DNA of 20,049 nucleotides, taken from positions 1-20,049 of the forward strand of contig JAVJWO010000188.1 in the NCBI GenBank assembly GCA_040222015.1. The letters run 5' to 3'. Positions 15,023 through 20,049 of this stretch are shown in pieces. Source of the stretch: Coleofasciculus chthonoplastes F2-STO-03 (GTDB lineage Bacteria; Cyanobacteriota; Cyanobacteriia; Cyanobacteriales; Coleofasciculaceae). Positions within the stretch are counted from its first letter, which is position 1; every line of letters begins with the position of its first letter. Both the position numbers and the translations under genes were made by a program. Under the pieces are notes generated by a model. It made no database searches and had not been told where the DNA came from. It was given only the letters and a program-made list of their open reading frames with translations.

Positions 15023-17533
15023 TTAAACTTCAAAAATTTTTCTTTGTTTAATCACGAGTAAGGTGATATCATCGTAAAGTTGTTGTTCTTGAATATGCTG
15101 GCGTAGGTTATCAATAACGGCTTGCCGAATTTCAGCAGCGGATTGTTGCCAATTCTGACTGAGAATCTGACACAGGCGTTCGATGCCATATTGTATCCCT
15201 TGGGCATTTTCTGCCTCTGGAATCCCATCGGTGTAGAGGACAACAGTATCTCCCGGATTTAACTGGACTTGAAGATGTGCTACGAAATCAGCGATATCAG
15301 CATCTAAACCAATGGGAAACCCTAGATCAATGGTATCAATTCGCTCAATATGACCTCCAGTCCGCACGACAATGATTTCTTCATGTTGTCCGCTCAAATT
15401 TAGGATACCTTTTTGATAGTCCAACAAAGCCAATGTGAGGTTTTTGTCGGAATTCATCCGCTGGACGTTTTGATAAATGGTGCGATTCAGTATATCTAAA
15501 AATTGCTTGGGGTCAGTTTGATTACTTTCTAAGAGGGTGCGAACGGCGGTTTGTACCATTAAGGTTAATACCCCGCTTTCTAAGCCGTGTCCCGTCACAT
15601 CACCAATACTAATTTGGACGCGATCGCGATACGGTAAAATATCATAATAATCCCCACCCACTTCCGTCGCCGGTTCCATAAACCCAGAAATCTCTAAGTC
15701 AGCAATTTGATTCAGTTCTGTCTCTTTAGGTAGCAGCATCTGTTGCAAGCGGCGGGTAACATCAAGTTCAGCACTCAATCGCAGATTTTCTGCCTTGAGA
15801 CGTTGATTGAGCTTAGTAATTTCCTGATTTGCCCGAAATAAATCCGCTTGGGCTTGTTTGCGTTCCGAGATGTCGCGAAATGTACCCGTATAAAAACAAT
15901 CTTGACCGGATTTCGTTTCCACAACCGTTGCTTCTAGGGGAAAGCGAGACCCATCAACGCGACAGCCAACAATCTCATGTCTGCCAACTTTTAATAACCG
16001 TTCCATCCCTATATCAGTATCATCGGCTACGGGTGTTGACCAATCCAATAGCTGATGAATATTCATACCCGTAAATTCGTTGATAGAATACCCAAATATC
16101 TCTTTGGCACTGGGATTAGCGGTGACAATTTTGAGTTGAGGTTTGGTGAAGGTAATAATCGCATCCATTGCGGTTTTGACAATGGCATCGGTGCGGGTTA
16201 ATGCCTCTTCTAAGGCATTCATTACCTGGTTATAACGCTGGGCAATTTGACCGACTTGCGTAAATGGTTCGACAGGAACTCGTAAGCTTAAATCTTGAGT
16301 CTGGGCTTGGGCTTCCATTACCTGAAACAGGTCACAAATCTCAGTTTTGGCGCGATGTTCGGACACATTTAAACCAATCTGTTCCGCCTCAATACTCACC
16401 CGCATTGGGAAAAAACGATTAGTGATGAATAATAGGAGATAAGTTATGCTAAATGCCCAAATACCACAACTAAGAATTCCGATTACCTGCACACCAAGCT
16501 GAATCACTGGACTCAACCCCGTATCCAGCAATTCCGGTTGACCAAACAACGCCACGGCTAATGTTCCCCAAATTCCTCCACCCAGATGCACGGGTATAGC
16601 ATCGACAGCATCATCAATCTGCCACCGTTCCAACCAATTCGACATCAAGGTGGCAATAATACCCCCAATTGCCCCAATAATCACGGATGCGGGAGAGGTG
16701 ACAACATGGCAACAGGCGGTAATCGAGACTAATCCAGCTAAGGAACCATTGATGAGGGATTCGACTTCCGGAAGTTGACACTGATACCAACTCACCATTC
16801 CCGCTGCCATCATTCCGGCAATACCGGCTAGCACGGTATGCACAATAATGCTAGGGACTTGCTCATTTAAAGTCAATGTGCTGCCCCCATTGAACCCCAA
16901 CCAGCCAATCCACAGTAACATGGCACCTAAAACCGACAGGGGTAAATTAGACCCATGGATTTTTCGCGGTGGTTGATGATCCGGAAATCGCCCGGTGCGT
17001 GATCCGATAATCATCAGACTGGCGAGGGATACCCAGCCCCCCAGACTGTGAACGACTGTAGACCCCGCAAAATCAACAAAGCCTAACTGTTCTAGCCACC
17101 CCAGGGATGTGTCTAAATCAATCCCGTTCCACGCCCAATGTCCAAACAGGGGATAAATCAGACCAGACACCAAACTGGCTAAGATTAGGTAAGCCGGAAA
17201 CTTCATCCGTTCAGCTACCGCCCCGGAGACAATCGTGGTAGCGGTGCTGCAAAACATGGCTTGGAACAAAAAGAAAGCCGCCAGTCGGGGTGTAGCTTCA
17301 ACGTGAACGAAGAAATCGCTTGAGCCAATCCACCCCAGCACTGAGGTGCCAAACATAAAGGCATATCCGAACGCCCAAAATAAGGCAATAGATATGCCCA
17401 AGTCAGCTAAGTTTTTAATGGCAACATTGATACTATTTTTCGATCGCGTCAGCCCTGACTCCAGGCACATAAACCCCGGTTGCATCAGGAATACCAAGCC
17501 AGAACAGACGAGGAGCCACAGAATATCAATCAC
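15023..17533 (-). CDS. Ammonium transporter (Amt) - HAMP-like - PAS - PP2C/SpoIIE phosphatase fusion
   Basis: Amt motifs FLMQPGFMCLESG, FQAMF, SGAVAER, DFAGSTVVH, WLGFNGGS, NGSLAGLVSIT and DDAVDAIPVH. HAMP-like DLSLRVPVEPFTQVGQIAQRYNQVM. PAS with ANPSAKEIFGY...RVDGSRFP...FRDISERK. PP2C motifs intact. GTG start at 17533 with AAGGGG upstream. Confidence 0.92.
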   Translation of the reverse strand: MIDILWLLVCSGLVFLMQPGFMCLESGLTRSKNSINVAIKNLADLGISIALFWAFGYAFMFGTSVLGWIGSSDFFVHVEATPRLAAFFLFQAMFCSTATTIVSGAVAERMKFPAYLILASLVSGLIYPLFGHWAWNGIDLDTSLGWLEQLGFVDFAGSTVVHSLGGWVSLASLMIIGSRTGRFPDHQPPRKIHGSNLPLSVLGAMLLWIGWLGFNGGSTLTLNEQVPSIIVHTVLAGIAGMMAAGMVSWYQCQLPEVESLINGSLAGLVSITACCHVVTSPASVIIGAIGGIIATLMSNWLERWQIDDAVDAIPVHLGGGIWGTLAVALFGQPELLDTGLSPVIQLGVQVIGILSCGIWAFSITYLLLFITNRFFPMRVSIEAEQIGLNVSEHRAKTEICDLFQVMEAQAQTQDLSLRVPVEPFTQVGQIAQRYNQVMNALEEALTRTDAIVKTAMDAIITFTKPQLKIVTANPSAKEIFGYSINEFTGMNIHQLLDWSTPVADDTDIGMERLLKVGRHEIVGCRVDGSRFPLEATVVETKSGQDCFYTGTFRDISERKQAQADLFRANQEITKLNQRLKAENLRLSAELDVTRRLQQMLLPKETELNQIADLEISGFMEPATEVGGDYYDILPYRDRVQISIGDVTGHGLESGVLTLMVQTAVRTLLESNQTDPKQFLDILNRTIYQNVQRMNSDKNLTLALLDYQKGILNLSGQHEEIIVVRTGGHIERIDTIDLGFPIGLDADIADFVAHLQVQLNPGDTVVLYTDGIPEAENAQGIQYGIERLCQILSQNWQQSAAEIRQAVIDNLRQHIQEQQLYDDITLLVIKQRKIFEV

Positions 17534-17623
17534 TTATATCTGCCCCTTGTTTTTGGTATACGAATATATATCATCCTTACAAATATGCCCGGTCTAATTC
17601 CAGAACCTTTAGCGCAATTTTAA

Positions 17624-17971
17624 TTAAAGCGGTTTGGTAATCAGATGTTTAGCGGCATCAAGTTCTAAGTTCTGGGCATAAGACAAGGCTTGCTCGTACT
17701 TTTGCTGATTGATATAAGCTTGAGTCAGCAACACCTCCCCTTGCATTCGGACTGAATAGCCTTGATTATCGGGTAATGGTTCATCATAGCTAATCGTTGA
17801 GAGTCGTGCGATCGCGTCTGGGTAAGCGCCAATTTTGCTATATTCGGCGATAATCTTAACTAAAAGCGGGTTGCGGATAGTTTCCAGATATAAATTTTGT
17901 CGTTGTACTGAGGTTGACTGGGAATCCGACAAATTTGTGTCTGGAGAGGAAGGGTAGATTTTGCATCCCAT
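17624..17971 (-). pseudogene. Probable remnant of a helical-repeat (TPR-like) protein gene, or a small hypothetical protein
   Basis: LLVKIIAEYSKIGAYPDAI and LLTQAYINQQKYEQALSYAQ look like TPR-type helices. The ORF is short and ends abruptly. Confidence 0.4.
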
Positions 17972-18021
17972 GTAAACAGCTAACCAATCATCAAATACCG
18001 AAAAGCTTACGAAAAAACACT

Positions 18022-19257
18022 ATGCTTACCCAAATACGCCGTCTGTTGAATCGGTTTTTTAGAAGATCAAGGACAATCAACGATGAACCTCTGAACAAGG
18101 TAAGTTTGATTGTCATTATCTTGATTGATATTTTTATTTTAGTCAATGTTTTTACCGGACTGAATAATATTAGCCAATGGTATATTAGCCCTTCATCGGC
18201 TTATCCCTGTTATTCTGAGTGGAAAAATTACCAAACTCAAACAATTTCAGATAAAGATTATGAGATTATCCAGTCTTCAGTGAGATCGGCAATAAACTAT
18301 CAATCTAATTTTCAGCAACCCTATCAACAAGCAGCGGTTGGACATCTAGGCACAGTGTCTAAAACCTGCTTAGAGTACGGCAGTTACAAAGATAAACTCA
18401 ATAATCCTGAAAATCAGCAAATCATAGCGGCTATTGATCAGAAACAAGAAGAAATAAGTCAGCTTGAACAAACGAATCGCAGTATTCGTGAGCAATATGA
18501 CTCAACTTTATTAGAAAAAATAGCAGGTCAGTCTCGTGATCAGTCTATTAATAGAGTGGGTGCAGAGCAAGCCAAACAGCAACTTGAACAAAATAACCGC
18601 AATATTGCTAGGCTTAAACAGGAAATTGCTCAGCTTAAAAATCAACTGACCGCAAAACCCGAAAGTTTAGTTTTCATTAACTTTATTAAGAATAAAAGGA
18701 CATTTCAATCCATTGAAAACGCCTACCAGCGGGCATCCTTTTGGTATCCGAGCATCCAATTCAGCTTTCAAGCGCTTTTCCTGTTGCCACTAATTTTCCT
18801 TTCCTTATCAGTTTATAATTTTGCTCAACGAAAAGGATATGGACTTATTGCCCTAATTAGCTGGCATTTGTCAGTCGTCTTTTTTGTGCCACTCATCTTT
18901 AAGCTCTTTGAGTTCCTGCAATTTGGTGCAATCGTTCAATTTCTCGTTGATATCATTAGTACCCTTTTAGGCGGACTCGTTTTTCTGGTCAGTTATGCTT
19001 ATATCTTACTAATTCCTCTGATTGGGTTTGGAATTATCAAGTTTTTCCAAAAAATTGTCTTTAATCCCAAAGTGCAAGCAGCGACGCGAGTTCAAAAATC
19101 ACGCTGTATCCGGTGTGCCAAGAAAAATATGACCCATGATGCCTACTGCTCCCACTGTGGTTTTTATCAATACGTTGAATGCCAGAATTGTCACAGTATG
19201 ACTTACAAGTATTTACCCTATTGTAAACAATGTGGACATTCTCAAGATTCCAATTAA
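18022..19257 (+). CDS. Membrane protein with an extracytoplasmic coiled coil and a C-terminal double zinc ribbon
   Basis: One N-terminal TM, a Q/E/K-rich coiled coil, 3-4 further TMs, then CIRC...CSHC...CQNC...CKQC. Start taken at the ATG at 18022 (MLTQIRR). Confidence 0.8.
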   Translation: MLTQIRRLLNRFFRRSRTINDEPLNKVSLIVIILIDIFILVNVFTGLNNISQWYISPSSAYPCYSEWKNYQTQTISDKDYEIIQSSVRSAINYQSNFQQPYQQAAVGHLGTVSKTCLEYGSYKDKLNNPENQQIIAAIDQKQEEISQLEQTNRSIREQYDSTLLEKIAGQSRDQSINRVGAEQAKQQLEQNNRNIARLKQEIAQLKNQLTAKPESLVFINFIKNKRTFQSIENAYQRASFWYPSIQFSFQALFLLPLIFLSLSVYNFAQRKGYGLIALISWHLSVVFFVPLIFKLFEFLQFGAIVQFLVDIISTLLGGLVFLVSYAYILLIPLIGFGIIKFFQKIVFNPKVQAATRVQKSRCIRCAKKNMTHDAYCSHCGFYQYVECQNCHSMTYKYLPYCKQCGHSQDSN

Positions 19258-19322
19258 TAGCAAGCTGTGTTACTTACTGTAAAATCTAAGCATAACTCAC
19301 TTTCTTTCGCCAGGAAGTCCTA

Positions 19323-19886
19323 ATGGTACAGACTCCATCTAGATCCATAACTCTGGAAGAATTCCTGAAACTACCAGAAACAAAACCAGCAAATGAATAC
19401 ATTAATGGGCAAATCATTCAGAAACCAATGCCACAGGGGAAGCACAGTACAATTCAAACGGAGTTTTCTACTACTGTCAATGTAATCCTTAAACCTCGAC
19501 GGGTTGCACGAGCCTTTTCAGAGTTACGTTGCACATTTGGTGGACGCTCAATCGTTCCTGATGTATCTGTAATTACTTGGGAGAGAATTCCCCGTGACGC
19601 GAATGGTGAAATTGCGAATATATTTCCCATTTATCCTGACTGGACAATTGAGATTTTATCACCTGATCAAAGTCAGACGAAAGCAACCAAAAATATTCTA
19701 CATTGTCTCAATCATGGAACTCAAATGGGTTGGTTAATTGACCCAGATGAGCAAACGGTATTTGTTTATCTTCCCCAACAGAAACTAGAGGTGTTTGATA
19801 AACCCGAACAGAAACTTCCCGTTCCCACCTTTGCCAATGAGCTGAATCTAAGTGTGGCGTCTGTATTTGGCTGGTTATCCGAGTAA
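19323..19886 (+). CDS. Uma2 family (DUF820) PD-(D/E)XK putative endonuclease
   Basis: TLEEFLKLPETKPANEYING, KPMPQGKHS, IVPDVSV, PDWTIEILSPDQ and GWLIDP. Confidence 0.92.
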   Translation: MVQTPSRSITLEEFLKLPETKPANEYINGQIIQKPMPQGKHSTIQTEFSTTVNVILKPRRVARAFSELRCTFGGRSIVPDVSVITWERIPRDANGEIANIFPIYPDWTIEILSPDQSQTKATKNILHCLNHGTQMGWLIDPDEQTVFVYLPQQKLEVFDKPEQKLPVPTFANELNLSVASVFGWLSE

Positions 19887-19913
19887 GCTGTAACGCATTT
19901 AATTTGGGTATGA

Positions 19914-20049
19914 GTAGCGAGCAAGATGCTCAATGTAGCGAGCAAGATGCTCAATGTAGCGAGCAAGATGCTCAATGTAGCGAGCAAGATGCTCAATGTA
20001 GCGAGCAAGATGCTCAATGTAGCGAGCAAGATGCTCAATGTAGCGAGCA
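19914..20049. repeat. Perfect 21-bp tandem repeat GTAGCGAGCAAGATGCTCAAT, truncated by the window end
   Basis: Six identical units start at 19914, 19935, 19956, 19977, 19998 and 20019, plus a partial seventh. Each has an internal GAGCA-AGA-TGCTC palindrome. No spacers. Confidence 0.95.

Larger units (their letters stand above)
1093..17815. repeat. HIP1 octamer GCGATCGC dispersed through the window
   Basis: Seen at 1093, 2947, 4513, 4926, 6976, 8027, 8372, 9317, 10106, 13123, 15620 and 17808, far above chance for 20 kb. Confidence 0.9.

Noticed and set aside
17556..17569. NtcA site upstream of the Amt fusion
   Set aside because: The best match is GTA-N8-TAT, which is imperfect and only ~22 bp from the start codon.
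17914..18021. 36-aa N-terminal extension of the zinc-ribbon membrane protein
   Set aside because: It uses a TTG start overlapping the opposite-strand ORF; the ATG at 18022 gives a typical basic N-terminus before the first TM.
19766..20038. 90-aa ORF (SILLATL)n on the - strand
   Set aside because: It is a translation of the 21-bp tandem repeat and overlaps Uma2 in antisense.
19914..20049. Possible CRISPR array
   Set aside because: The 21-bp units are directly head-to-tail with no spacers, and there are no cas genes in the window.

Overview
A cyanobacterial chromosomal window, with at least 12 HIP1 GCGATCGC octamers, heptamer STRR repeats and GTAG-type REP palindromes. The repeat style and the glucosylglycerol genes suggest a halotolerant filamentous strain such as a Coleofasciculus-like mat former (inference). 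From left to right: a GUN4-domain gene and an ABM-family gene (-); an RHH protein-ycf46 AAA ATPase-ycf35 (DUF1257) cluster (-) with structured spacers; a lipoprotein plus an orphan NarL-family response regulator (+); a ~900-bp intergenic region; a glucosylglycerol cluster ggpS-glpD-gpsA followed by a PLR1-like aldo/keto reductase (+); a four-gene signalling locus (-); a probable TPR-like remnant; a membrane protein with a double zinc ribbon; a Uma2 endonuclease; and a truncated 21-bp tandem repeat at the right edge. The most interesting object is the four-gene locus at 11828-17533. It encodes an ammonium transporter (Amt) fused to HAMP-like, PAS and PP2C/SpoIIE phosphatase domains, a CHASE-PP2C phosphatase, a GHKL kinase-like protein (slr1658-like) and a STAS protein (slr1659-like). 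Together these look like a two-input, ammonium-sensing partner-switching system. All family calls come from motif recognition by eye; no database searches were run.
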